Assembly: GCA_051532035.1 (NCBI GenBank)
Contig: JAOPTW010000045.1
Span: 7,624 to 71,623, forward strand
Length of the DNA stretch: 64,000 bases
Source of the DNA: Fibrobacterales bacterium
Lineage (GTDB): Bacteria; Fibrobacterota; Fibrobacteria; Fibrobacterales; JAOPTW01
Direction of reading: 5' to 3'
The position numbers and the translations under genes are program-made. Shown here one piece after another: positions 1-9,385 of the stretch. Numbering within the stretch: the stretch's first letter is position 1; each line of letters opens with the position of its first letter. The notes under the pieces were generated by a model. It ran no database searches. It saw only the letters and a list, made by a program, of their open reading frames with translations, and was not told the origin of the DNA.

Positions 1-6
1 CTCTAT

Positions 7-1371
7 ATGGAAATTCTGATAAATAATGGACTTGATGTTACAGATACAGCAAACCAGTATCTTGAGTATGCAGCTACCGAAGTAGATTCATCAGGAGAGA
101 CGGTTAAATACCTGATACAAAAAGGTGCTCCTCTCCATTTTAAACATGATATCTATTCCCGTATATCCAGTGGAGCCAGCATGAGTGTATTAAATATGAT
201 CAATGGTGGTATTGCATTTGATGATCCTAGCCGTTTAGGAGGGCACCCGATCTTTGCGGCACTTGCAAATGGACATACTGGAGTAGCCCGGACATTACTG
301 AAAAATATGCATGATTCAATAATGTTTGTACGCTCTACTGAGGATTTGAGTACACCATTTGATCTGGCAGTAATGTCGGGGGATACCTTTATAGTAAACG
401 AGTTTATCCAGAGGGGAGTGCATCCGGATTCTTCAATGATGCAGCGCCCCCCGTTAACTCTGGCAATTAAAGAGCGTGATAGGGCAATGGTTAACCTGTT
501 GATACGTAATGGAGGAACTCCCGGGTATGCAACGTCCGTGGCTCAGCATGCCCCCATGTATGTCGCAGTTAAGAATGGTATCGGATTGTATCCCTCTGAA
601 AAACGTGAGCAATTAGATATTGTATCGGACCTGCTTGAGGCGGGAATTGATAAGAATGTCTCTTGGGGTGATACCACACTGTTCACTCTGGCAATTGAGC
701 GCGACTCCTCACATATCTTTTCACTGCTTCTTGATAGTGGAGTAGCATTTTCTCAAACTCCGGATGACAGTATTGCCTCTATGGAAGCGATACTGACTAA
801 ATATAAGAAGAAGCGTATTGATGATGGATTTTTACGGCATACTATAGAGCATCTCAATCTTCCCGGAGACTATGTATTGGAACATCTTGAGTTACCTTTA
901 ATCATTAAGGCTATTGTTACCGATTCAGTTACTGTAGATGGGCTTCTGCAGTCGGGGGGAGACATAAATAGTGAAACTCCTGGAGGTACTACAGTTTTCA
1001 TAAGTTATATGACCATAGGAGGAGGAGTTAATCTTTCTTACTTGGTGTCTCGTGGCTTGAATCTTGAAAATCCAAAAAACTGGAAGTATCCATTTATAGA
1101 TAATAGAGATATATGGTTTGAACAATTGGTAGAAGAAGGTATGGACCTCAATGCTGTTGATACTGCGACAGGATATACTCCATTCTCTTATGCTGTTTCT
1201 AAACGCTGCCCTTTTACATTTGATTTTACTCAAGGGATGATTGATAGCGGAGCTGATGTTTCTGTAGTGAATAACGAAGGGAAAACAGTTTTGGATATTG
1301 CCTACGAAGTAAACATGTTTGACGAGGTCATTGATATGCTTATTGAGGCAGGTGCTGACGTTTCACCTTAA
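7..1371 (+). CDS. Ankyrin-repeat protein (possibly 5'-truncated by the window edge)
   Basis: 454-aa ORF with several ~33-aa ANK-like repeats (HPIFAALANGHTGVARTLLKN; TPFDLAVMSGDTFIVNEFIQRGVHPD; PPLTLAIKERDRAMVNLLIRNGG). The frame stays open back to nt 1. A hairpin terminator follows. Confidence 0.8.
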   Translation: MEILINNGLDVTDTANQYLEYAATEVDSSGETVKYLIQKGAPLHFKHDIYSRISSGASMSVLNMINGGIAFDDPSRLGGHPIFAALANGHTGVARTLLKNMHDSIMFVRSTEDLSTPFDLAVMSGDTFIVNEFIQRGVHPDSSMMQRPPLTLAIKERDRAMVNLLIRNGGTPGYATSVAQHAPMYVAVKNGIGLYPSEKREQLDIVSDLLEAGIDKNVSWGDTTLFTLAIERDSSHIFSLLLDSGVAFSQTPDDSIASMEAILTKYKKKRIDDGFLRHTIEHLNLPGDYVLEHLELPLIIKAIVTDSVTVDGLLQSGGDINSETPGGTTVFISYMTIGGGVNLSYLVSRGLNLENPKNWKYPFIDNRDIWFEQLVEEGMDLNAVDTATGYTPFSYAVSKRCPFTFDFTQGMIDSGADVSVVNNEGKTVLDIAYEVNMFDEVIDMLIEAGADVSP

Positions 1372-1380
1372 TTGGAGTAA

Positions 1381-1413
1381 ACAGAGGCTGCTTAAAAAGC
1401 AGCCTCTGTTTTA
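1381..1413 (+). terminator. Rho-independent terminator after the ankyrin gene
   Basis: ACAGAGGCTGC-TTAAAAA-GCAGCCTCTGT forms an 11-bp stem and is followed by TTTTAT. Confidence 0.75.
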
Positions 1414-1435
1414 TATAAAAAGTGTTGTTTTTATA

Positions 1436-1585
1436 CTATGGAAGTTGATCAGGTGAAGCTACAGTTATCCAACCATATTTTGCTGGTTGATTTGGGTTTT
1501 CATACCATGCACCAACACAAGCTTTAATAGAAATGCTACCGTATTTTGGTGTGCCAACTGGGTTGTGAGCAATTATTTGACCCAT
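1436..1585 (-). CDS. Candidate 49-aa small protein (MGQIIAHNPVGTPKYGSISIKACVGAWYENPNQPAKYGWITVASPDQLP)
   Basis: Hand-translated ORF below the track's size cutoff. GGAGGA lies about 12 nt upstream of the ATG, and the ORF ends next to the 1381-1413 hairpin. I recognise no homology. Confidence 0.25.
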   Translation of the reverse strand: MGQIIAHNPVGTPKYGSISIKACVGAWYENPNQPAKYGWITVASPDQLP

Positions 1586-1631
1586 GTTTAAATGTTGTCC
1601 TCCCCCTCACTATACCAGCGAATGCCCAAGT

Positions 1632-1661
1632 GTAACAATGAGTAACAATGAGTAACAATTG
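1632..1661. repeat. 3 tandem copies of a 10-bp unit, GTAACAATGA (third copy GTAACAATTG)
   Basis: Read directly from the sequence. It lies about 65-95 nt upstream of the 1727 start codon. Confidence 0.85.
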
Positions 1662-1726
1662 ATAATTTCTCTTCTTAGAGCGCTCTATATTCTGTACATT
1701 TAACACAGAATTTAACAGAGCATCTC

Positions 1727-2290
1727 ATGAGTAAAGAGCTAATTATTTTAGGACACCCCGATTCCGAGTCATTTTGCAATGCAATTTCAGACACCTACTA
1801 TCGCCATGCAAAAGAGTCAGGTAAAGATATCGATATTATAAAACTATCTGAGTTAGAGTACGACCCCAATCTCTCTTCTGGCTTTAGGGCAAGAACTGAA
1901 CTTGAACTAGATCTACTGACGGTACAGGAAAAAATCAAACAAGCAGACCACTTAGTATGGGTGTTCCCTGTATGGTGGGCGACCATTCCCGCACAAATGA
2001 AAGGCTTTATTGATCGAGTGTTTTTACCAGGATGAGCCTTTAATTCCGGAAAAAGTTTCCCGGAAAAGTTGTTAATGGGCAAAACATCTGAATTGTTTGT
2101 AACAATGGACAGCCCGGTCTGGTATTACAAACTGTTTACTAAAGAACCGGTGAAGTACTCATTTGCCCGGGGTACATTAGGGTATTGCGGTATTAAAAAT
2201 AAGCGAATCACCTATTTCAGCCCTATTAAAGATTCCACACAGTCAAAACGAGAACAGTGGTTGGATAACGTTGCTGGTATGGCTAAATAA
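1727..2290 (+). pseudogene. Flavodoxin-like-fold NAD(P)H dehydrogenase (quinone), KefF/MdaB-type, interrupted by one in-frame TGA (2033-2035)
   Basis: Track ORFs 1727..2035 and 2069..2290 are in the same frame. Read through, the junction is DRVFLPG-[TGA]-AFNSGK. Homologs (e.g. E. coli KefF, DKVFSHGWAYG) have Trp at that position. N-terminal ILGHP and VWVFPVWW motifs are typical of the family. Confidence 0.7.
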
Positions 2291-2558
2291 TTTTTGTGAT
2301 AGAAGGGACCAGGAGATTTATCCTTTTATAAAGATTGGAGATCAAACATGGATGGCAGAAAACTTGCGCTATAAAAGTACCGGAGATGATTTCTGTTATA
2401 GGGATGAGTATATTAATTGTTCAACAATTGGTCGCCACTATACCTGGCATACTGCCAATGGAGGAGAAGAGGCATCAAATACAAATCCAAGTGGTATTCG
2501 AGGGGTGTGTCCTATTCATGCTGTGGTTGCAGGTATAGATATGTCACACGATGCCTAA
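2271..2558 (+). pseudogene. Truncated remnant of a Fibrobacter-type 'major paralogous domain' protein
   Basis: Contains IKIGDQTWMAENLRY...CYRDEY..C...GRHYTW...GVCP but has no signal peptide. It loses the family's GWHLPS...EW continuation after CP. It overlaps the 3' end of the previous gene. It shares the 20-nt string CAAACATGGATGGCAGAAAA with the intact paralog at 8488..9261. Confidence 0.55.
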
Positions 2559-2673
2559 ATTGCTTACTAATAGTAACCATTAACGGTCGTCTCTATATTT
2601 ACTAATTTGTTATCATTATAGTTAGCTTCAGGGTTTAGACTTCTGTATTACACTATCTTAAACGAGGGCGCAT

Positions 2674-4287
2674 ATGAGTACCAATATTTTTTTAATTATT
2701 CTCTTTTTATCTATGGTGATGGGATGTAACCCATTTGACTCTAATAGTAACCCCAAAGATAATGATGGTGCAGGAAACTCCTCTAATCTAGACAATATGG
2801 CAACAACTTCAGATACGGTGTATGTTGTCGACACTCTCTACCAGGCGAGACCGAGTGATAGTATTGGTTCCGCTAATGATCTCAGTGCGCCAAAATCTGA
2901 TAGTCTTCCATCCAAAATTTTTGTAGAGAGTGATACGGTCCATACTGTCGATACAGTATGGGTTTCAAATACTGAAATACAGTATGATACAACAACTCTA
3001 TTAGACACCATATTTGTACAAGATACTATGCAAATGATTGATACCGTATTTTCAGTTGATACTATATTAATAAACACCGGAACTCCCCTGTATGTTTCTC
3101 AAGCAACTATTGAGCTTGAAACGTCTAATGGACAGTCAGGCAAAGAGTATTGGGTTAAAACCTATGGATCTACCTGTATTTCTGGAACACCAGTTGAATA
3201 TAGGGTAGACTTTGGGGATGGAATGGTCAGTGATTGGAGTAGTGATACGATAGTTAAGTATACTTGGTATTCCTCTAAGCAGTTTATTCTATTAAGTCAG
3301 GCTCGATGCAAAAATGACATCACAAAACTGTCTGTGTGGTCTACAAAGAGTTCTCTCAATATATCCCCAGCAGGAATGAAGAAATACTTAAATGGTACCT
3401 ATACTGAAAATGAGACATGGCATGCTGATACGGTCTATGTTGTACGGGGTCAAGTACTCTATGCTGAGGGAGTAGAAGTTACAATTTTACCGGGGACCCA
3501 TGTTGAGTATGAGGCGATACAATCTGGGAGTAATTGGGAGTTTGCTTCTTTGACGTTTATGGGTAACGTCACTGCTGTGGGCAAACCTGATAGTATCATA
3601 CAATTTGATTGGGGTTTTACGGTCCATAATGATAGTGTGATGACCTATCATAATACTGATGGAAGATATAGAGCTGGTCCACGCTTAGAATACGTGGCTA
3701 TTGATGGTCCGATAACCATAGGATATGATAATAATGGTGGTGGACGGGGGGTCTATCTAAAGCATTCATCGGTTAATTCTATACAAGGGGCAACTATGAA
3801 CTTTGCATCAGGCATGTATATAGGGTTTTCTCAAGTAGATTCGGTACCCGTTAAAACAGATAGAAGTAGATATGAACACTCCTATTTTGATTATGTCTAT
3901 CTATTATATATGGACTATAACTCACCAACCATTATTAATAACAAAATTGCTTCATTGCGTACTAGTAGCTATGACTATTACACAGGTACAATTGAAAAAA
4001 ATATTATTGGTAAATTCAGGTCATCATATGGTGAAGGTAAAATTTCAAATAATGTATTTGAAGATGCTTCTGGCCCATATCAGGTAGAATTGTGGGATGG
4101 GGCAGATACCGATTTGAGTGGTAATTATTGGGGGGCGATAACCACAAGTGAAATGATAGCTAAAGGTGGTAGTGCTGATATTTCTACCATCCAAGACAAG
4201 TACGATGTTTCTACACTGGGTACTGTAGATTATTCAAACTGGTTGACTCAGCCTATTCCCGATGCAGGTCCTAACTGGAAACCATAA
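2674..4287 (+). CDS. Secreted lipoprotein with DTV-type repeats, a PKD-like segment and a possible beta-helix region
   Basis: Lipobox LSMVMGC. Repeated xDTVxxVDT motifs. YRVDFGDGMVSDWSSD is PKD-like. GAGGG sits upstream of the ATG. Confidence 0.8.
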   Translation: MSTNIFLIILFLSMVMGCNPFDSNSNPKDNDGAGNSSNLDNMATTSDTVYVVDTLYQARPSDSIGSANDLSAPKSDSLPSKIFVESDTVHTVDTVWVSNTEIQYDTTTLLDTIFVQDTMQMIDTVFSVDTILINTGTPLYVSQATIELETSNGQSGKEYWVKTYGSTCISGTPVEYRVDFGDGMVSDWSSDTIVKYTWYSSKQFILLSQARCKNDITKLSVWSTKSSLNISPAGMKKYLNGTYTENETWHADTVYVVRGQVLYAEGVEVTILPGTHVEYEAIQSGSNWEFASLTFMGNVTAVGKPDSIIQFDWGFTVHNDSVMTYHNTDGRYRAGPRLEYVAIDGPITIGYDNNGGGRGVYLKHSSVNSIQGATMNFASGMYIGFSQVDSVPVKTDRSRYEHSYFDYVYLLYMDYNSPTIINNKIASLRTSSYDYYTGTIEKNIIGKFRSSYGEGKISNNVFEDASGPYQVELWDGADTDLSGNYWGAITTSEMIAKGGSADISTIQDKYDVSTLGTVDYSNWLTQPIPDAGPNWKP

Positions 4288-4609
4288 TATATAAACTCCT
4301 TCGAAAATAAGAAAATATAATCGGTGATAAATAATACCTGATTTGAAAAGAATAATCTGTGTCTTGATCATTGATTTATATGAGTAACTGGAGTTGTATA
4401 GTGGATTTCCATATGAGACAACTCACAACCGTAATTTAGTTAGATAGATGTGCCATCTCATAAGTCTTTGACCGTATTAGATGATTGCTTTTTAGTGAAA
4501 CACTCATCATAGCAGAATAATGAAAAAATTCAGCAGAGATGTGAAAGACCGATCCCCATACATTACATATGTTGATCCTCATACGTAACATAATTGAGGG
4601 AAGAGCTCC

Positions 4610-5560
4610 ATGAGTAATAAAAAGAGTACCAGTCTAAAGGCCTATCTTGCTGCACCGCTTATGACGGCACTGGGGTTTACACTAGCATCACTGATATTTG
4701 TATTTGTACTTGATAAACCTGAGCCGGTTCCGGTCTTCGTTATTTTTGCTGTTATTCAAATTCTATTCATGACACTTTTTGGAGTACTCCCCGGCAGAGG
4801 GAAAAAGGTTGCTCGTTTAATCTCTATGTTTTTGATTGGTCTCTTTATTATGGTACTGGCGGGGGTAATGGGTAAAAATAACTTTCAATTAGAAGGGTTT
4901 ATGTTTTACCTCTTTTCGGGAACTATGGGAGGTGCGGTAGTTCATACACTCATGGCTAAAGTAATCGGACCAATATTTTTTAGTCGAAACTGGTGTAGTT
5001 GGGGGTGTTGGACCGCAATGATCCTTGACCTGTTTCCGTATCAGAATGATACGAGTTGGAAAAAGGGGGCTGCTCCCAAAATGCGTTACCTACACTTTAT
5101 AGCATCTTTGATGTTGGTGGCAATACTTTATTTTGGATTAAAGACGACCATACTGCATACCGACCCTGAGGTTCTTAAACAGGGGATGGGGACATCAACC
5201 GAGTTGCTCTGGTTTGTTGTAGGGAATGCACTCTATTTTATCATTGGTATTTCTATGGCTGTAGTCATGAAAGATAATCGAGCATTTTGTAAGTACCTTT
5301 GCCCGTTAACAGTATTTTTGAAAACGACTAACCGTATAACGCTTTTGAGAATAAAGGGCGATGAGGGGGCGTGCACCTCATGTGAGAGCTGCATTTCTAC
5401 ATGCCCTATGAGTATTGATATACCAAAATATATTACTGCCGGAGATCGAGTTACCTCAACCGAGTGTATTATGTGTATGAACTGTATTGATACCTGCTCT
5501 GAGTCAACACTCAAGGCATCAGTGGGCGTTGATTTCGCTAGAAAGGATTATCTACGCTGA
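4610..5560 (+). CDS. Polytopic membrane 4Fe-4S ferredoxin-type protein (NapH/MauN-like)
   Basis: Several N-terminal TM helices. Motifs WCSWGCW and FCKYLCP, plus two CxxCxxCxxxC(P/S) clusters (CTSCESCISTCP, CIMCMNCIDTCS). Confidence 0.8.
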   Translation: MSNKKSTSLKAYLAAPLMTALGFTLASLIFVFVLDKPEPVPVFVIFAVIQILFMTLFGVLPGRGKKVARLISMFLIGLFIMVLAGVMGKNNFQLEGFMFYLFSGTMGGAVVHTLMAKVIGPIFFSRNWCSWGCWTAMILDLFPYQNDTSWKKGAAPKMRYLHFIASLMLVAILYFGLKTTILHTDPEVLKQGMGTSTELLWFVVGNALYFIIGISMAVVMKDNRAFCKYLCPLTVFLKTTNRITLLRIKGDEGACTSCESCISTCPMSIDIPKYITAGDRVTSTECIMCMNCIDTCSESTLKASVGVDFARKDYLR

Positions 5561-6457
5561 TTCGTACTTTTTACGGAAATGAGACGGGGTAACGCCCGCT
5601 CGTTCGGTAAAGCAGGTAGTGAAATAGGCTGATGATGAAAAACCGCAGTTGTATGCTACTTCAGTGATAGTGCAATCGTGGTGGAGAAGATATTTTTTTG
5701 CCTTCTGCACCCTGAGGTTGATCAAAAAATCTGCAGGGGTCACGCCAGTTTCATCTTTAAAGGTTCTTGAAAAATGGGAGGGCGAGAGGTTAATGAATCG
5801 AGCCATTTCATTGACACTTATTTTGTCTGCAAAATGTTCATTGAGGTGGTTGATCAGGCGATTTATCTCGATTTTCCCACTTATTTTCTCATCTGAACGA
5901 GTGATAGTGTGGCAGTGTCGAATAAGGAGGTGGGTAACTTCGAGAGCGATGGATTGCAGAAGCTGTTCTTTGCCCGGGAGGTTCTCTTCATGCTCAACAA
6001 TAAATCTTTTTAATCCATTGAGTACCAGTTCATTATCGGGAAAAAAATCACCTTCAAATTGTTGCGGCTCAATTTCGCTATAGAGGGCCAACTGTTTTTC
6101 GTAAAACTCTTTTGATATACAGACCGCCATGTAGCTATGAAACTGGTCCTCAATAATCTCTTCGTGAGGGATGTCGGGTGAGAATGCACATATATTCGCT
6201 TTGCTACCAAACGGAGATTGCTTAAGGGTTTCGAAAACCCGCACATCTCCTGAACTCCCAAAGTTATATATAAATGAATAGCCGGGATGAGTGTGTTGTG
6301 GAGTGATAGCATAATCACAGTAATCGAGATAGGGGATAAAAATCGCAAGATCATTACTGAGGTACATCTCAACATTATTACCGATCTTCTCGAGTATGCT
6401 GTCGGGCATTGCGCCAACAAGATTCCGTATTATTGCTCTGTCTTGTTCTGGTATCAT
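5552..6457 (-). CDS. AraC family transcriptional regulator
   Basis: C-terminal double HTH (ISVNEMARFINLSPSHFSRTFKDETGVTP...ITEVAYNCGFSSSAYFTTCFTERAGVTPSHFR) and an N-terminal cupin-like domain. Confidence 0.9.
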   Translation of the reverse strand: MIPEQDRAIIRNLVGAMPDSILEKIGNNVEMYLSNDLAIFIPYLDYCDYAITPQHTHPGYSFIYNFGSSGDVRVFETLKQSPFGSKANICAFSPDIPHEEIIEDQFHSYMAVCISKEFYEKQLALYSEIEPQQFEGDFFPDNELVLNGLKRFIVEHEENLPGKEQLLQSIALEVTHLLIRHCHTITRSDEKISGKIEINRLINHLNEHFADKISVNEMARFINLSPSHFSRTFKDETGVTPADFLINLRVQKAKKYLLHHDCTITEVAYNCGFSSSAYFTTCFTERAGVTPSHFRKKYESA

Positions 6458-6717
6458 TGGGTGTACATTGGAGTTACTGTTTTAATTAAACATAGCAAAT
6501 GGATTTGTTTGGTGTCTCATTCTATATGCTTTCCGTTATAACCATCTAACAAACTCAATCTGCATGGCGATTTATCATCATATGTATGCTGGCTTTTACT
6601 CTGCATTTGCCTCTATTCAGCGCCCTCCTTTTCTTTTAATTATATCATTTATTCTTTGGAATAGTACTCTCAATATTGATATTCTAAAGGGGAGAAGTAA
6701 ATAGAAAAGGGGATGAT

Positions 6718-7143
6718 ATGCGATTTCAAATCAAGCGACTCTGCCTTACTGTTGTACTCATTGTATTGTGGGTAGTGGTAGGTAATGCGTGTACTTTGGA
6801 TATGAATAGTGCCGGTCATACTCCTCCTCCTGCAGACAGCCCTTATGTGGGAGCCTGGGCGAACTTTATATCTGAATCACAGTGTTGTGTGTTGTCAAAT
6901 TATACCTTTGAAGAGTACATCGGTCTGGCTCAATATGCCGGACAGTGTGGTGGCGGCGGAGCTAGTATTGATTTTTTTGTTACGCCAACCGATGAAGTGC
7001 GCGGCACCATTACCTACGGGGCATATGCCCCCTGTAATAAATGGGAGACTGGTGATATTTTGGGAACATGCCCCACTTATTCATATTGTTCGGGAACAAT
7101 TACTACTAAAGTAGGCGAGGCCGGATTTACCATGACACGGTAA
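6718..7143 (+). CDS. Small Cys/Gly-rich secreted (lipo)protein, unknown function
   Basis: Signal peptide with a VVGNAC lipobox and eight further Cys. No family recognised. Confidence 0.55.
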   Translation: MRFQIKRLCLTVVLIVLWVVVGNACTLDMNSAGHTPPPADSPYVGAWANFISESQCCVLSNYTFEEYIGLAQYAGQCGGGGASIDFFVTPTDEVRGTITYGAYAPCNKWETGDILGTCPTYSYCSGTITTKVGEAGFTMTR

Positions 7144-7178
7144 CCTATCACGAGTGTGGCAGATTTATAATCTGGCTC

Positions 7179-8201
7179 TTAGAATGCATACCCTAATGAA
7201 ATTAAAGGGACAATAATAAATCCTGGAGCTCTCAAGAAGGTGGCGCCAAATAAAATTCCGGTATCGAGTATATAGTGCCGGGCAAAGATCCATTTGTAAG
7301 ATACTGTGGAGAAAAGAAAAAGACCCCCACTTCCGTCTTCTGTGTAATAATCTGTATTTCTGGTAGGGTCATTGGCATCCCACTCTTCGTAAGTCCAATC
7401 TATGAAAACTCTTTGTACGTAGAGCCCCGAAAAGAATCCTGACATTTGGCCCGCTCCATTAAAATAGTACAGTAAGCCGATTCCAGCTCCGCTTCCTTCG
7501 CCACTTACTTCCCAGTCGTAGCCATTGCCGGCGCCTAGCCATTCAACATCCAGGATAAATCCCTGCAGAGAGATAGCGACATTATTTGAAAGCATTCTTT
7601 CGTAATATCCAAAGTGAACTGTAGCTGGTGAGAATAGTTGAATCAATAATCCAGAAGGGCTCAGGGCAACAATGTTTTTCAGGTTTTCGTCAGGTGGTGC
7701 AATCGTACTTTTAAGAGGTTCTGTAGACTCAAGGAGTGGCGGTTGAGGCAGAGTGTCTGAGAGCCGGGCTGCTACTGTGGGAATACCTAAAATCAACAGG
7801 TCCTCGATTTCACCCGCAATCTCTTCATCGGCCATCTTTAAAATATCTCCTTTTTCAACGTCAATCAACCGAACACTGATGAGAAAGACTTTGCCGACTT
7901 TACCAATAGTACCTGCCACCATGACATCAACGCCAATCAGTTGACCCATTTCCACTGCGCAATCATTGGTCGTACAGCCGGTCTGCTGGAATCCTTGTTC
8001 CTGTAGAATAGCTTCCATTTGACCACGTTCAAGAACGCGCATGTTGCCGCGTTTAATGATCTCGGTCCGGAGCTTTTCGGTTAGGGTCAGAGCCTCTTGA
8101 GGAGATATAACCTGAGATTCTAGAGGTAGAATTGCGACATTGGGTTTTTGGGCAAATACTACAAAATGATAGAGACAGATGATAATCAGAAGGGCTTTCA
8201 T
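7179..8201 (-). CDS. Secreted protein: CsgG/LpoB-like N-domain plus Gly/aromatic-rich beta-barrel-like C-domain
   Basis: Signal peptide. The N-domain VAILPLE...ERGQMEAILQEQGFQQTGCTTDNCAVEMGQLIGVDVMVAGTI resembles the CsgG/LpoB/FlgO-type fold. The protein ends in an aromatic residue (GYAF). Confidence 0.7.
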   Translation of the reverse strand: MKALLIIICLYHFVVFAQKPNVAILPLESQVISPQEALTLTEKLRTEIIKRGNMRVLERGQMEAILQEQGFQQTGCTTNDCAVEMGQLIGVDVMVAGTIGKVGKVFLISVRLIDVEKGDILKMADEEIAGEIEDLLILGIPTVAARLSDTLPQPPLLESTEPLKSTIAPPDENLKNIVALSPSGLLIQLFSPATVHFGYYERMLSNNVAISLQGFILDVEWLGAGNGYDWEVSGEGSGAGIGLLYYFNGAGQMSGFFSGLYVQRVFIDWTYEEWDANDPTRNTDYYTEDGSGGLFLFSTVSYKWIFARHYILDTGILFGATFLRAPGFIIVPLISLGYAF

Positions 8202-8487
8202 GGTTGGCGTACCTCGTCAAAATCCCACTATTATTGTATCACCATTTATGTGAAAAGTGAAGGCCTTTGTGGTGTAACAATAATAATGTCACCCCTAGGG
8301 TTAAAAGCTATAAGCGACTTAGAATAACGCTAAATTTTACCAAATATCTTAAGCTCTGTATCAGGTTGTGAACAGAGATACCGACCCCTGCGTTATTAGG
8401 CACTCATTAAAAGAACAGTTTCTACTCTTTTTAATTATCATATAGTATAGATTGTATTTCTTACAAACCTTAATCGGAGGATTATTT

Positions 8488-9261
8488 ATGAAACAGAGCA
8501 TTCTTTGTCTGTACCTTGCTTCAATCTTTTTTACAATGAGCTGTAATTTTATTTTAGAGGATGCGGCCGGCAGCAATTCTGGTGAACGTTACTCATCAGA
8601 TCATTCAAGAGTATCTTCTTCAGTAGATGAAAAACCACTGAACAACACTATTATAGATGAGCGTGATGCACAATCATATCGCACCACTGTCATTGGTACA
8701 CAAACATGGATGGCAGAAAATCTTAATTATTCTGCAAACAATACTATGGGGTATTGTAGTGGTGAGACAACAACTGAAAATGCCCTTACGTGCGACACTT
8801 ATGGAAGGTTGTATGATTGGAATGTTGCGATGGCAGGCTCTCAAGAGAGTGGTGCGAATCCTAGTATGGTTCAGGGGATTTGTCCTGCGGACTGGCATTT
8901 GCCGAGCGATAGTGAATGGGATCAGCTCATGGAGTATGTTGATGCAAACAATGGCTCAGAAGGTATCGGTCAAAGTTTAAAAGCAACCACCCTTTGGTCT
9001 TCCAATTCAAGAGGTGGTGTCGGTACTGATCTCTTTGGTTTTTCTGCATTACCGGCAGGGTTTGGTGGTACTAATAGTAGAGGTGGGTATTATAATAGCC
9101 TTACAAATTATGGTATACACTGGTCTACTAGTTTGTCTGGTACGAAGGTTTTGAGAAGAGATCTTAGGTATAGTGATAACGAACTATCAATCGATTATAG
9201 CGAAAAAGCTTGGATGGGATCTGTCAGGTGCGTTAAGAACGCGGAGATAGTTCTTTATTGA
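8488..9261 (+). CDS. Fibrobacter-type 'major paralogous domain' lipoprotein (TIGR02145-like)
   Basis: The ATG at 8488 is preceded by GGAGGA. Lipobox FTMSC. Motifs DERDAQSYRTTVIGTQTWMAENLNY, YGRLYDW, GICPADWHLPSDSEWDQL and GFSALPAG. Confidence 0.85.
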   Translation: MKQSILCLYLASIFFTMSCNFILEDAAGSNSGERYSSDHSRVSSSVDEKPLNNTIIDERDAQSYRTTVIGTQTWMAENLNYSANNTMGYCSGETTTENALTCDTYGRLYDWNVAMAGSQESGANPSMVQGICPADWHLPSDSEWDQLMEYVDANNGSEGIGQSLKATTLWSSNSRGGVGTDLFGFSALPAGFGGTNSRGGYYNSLTNYGIHWSTSLSGTKVLRRDLRYSDNELSIDYSEKAWMGSVRCVKNAEIVLY

Positions 9262-9290
9262 TTGAACGTTTCACCGAATAGTATATTGTA

Positions 9291-9336
9291 AGCCCTATTG
9301 CGCTGTTTAATAAGCAGAGCACTAGGGCTTTTTTTG
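9291..9336 (+). terminator. Rho-independent terminator
   Basis: Imperfect long hairpin AGCCCTA...TAGGGCT followed by TTTTTT. Confidence 0.7.
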
Positions 9337-9385
9337 TGGATGAGTAAGAGCTACATAGTCGCTTTATACGACCATCAGCCAGGCA

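Noticed and set aside
2033-2035. Alternative genetic code (TGA = Trp or Gly)
   Set aside because: TGA ends several well-conserved genes at the expected positions (e.g. pepP at 20825, the 4Fe-4S protein at 5560, and the ORFs ending at 9261 and 34413). No other gene in the window needs TGA read-through.
2033-2065. Selenocysteine insertion (a hairpin lies 8 nt downstream of the TGA)
   Set aside because: The aligned position in the family is Trp/Phe, not Cys/Sec. The hairpin arises from a short direct repeat (CCGGAAAA) and lacks an obvious SECIS-like apical loop. No sel genes are visible.
2330-2520. Diversity-generating retroelement TR/VR pair between the two WMAENL-domain copies
   Set aside because: Nucleotide identity is limited to about 20 nt. 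There is no adenine-specific mismatch pattern and no reverse transcriptase gene.
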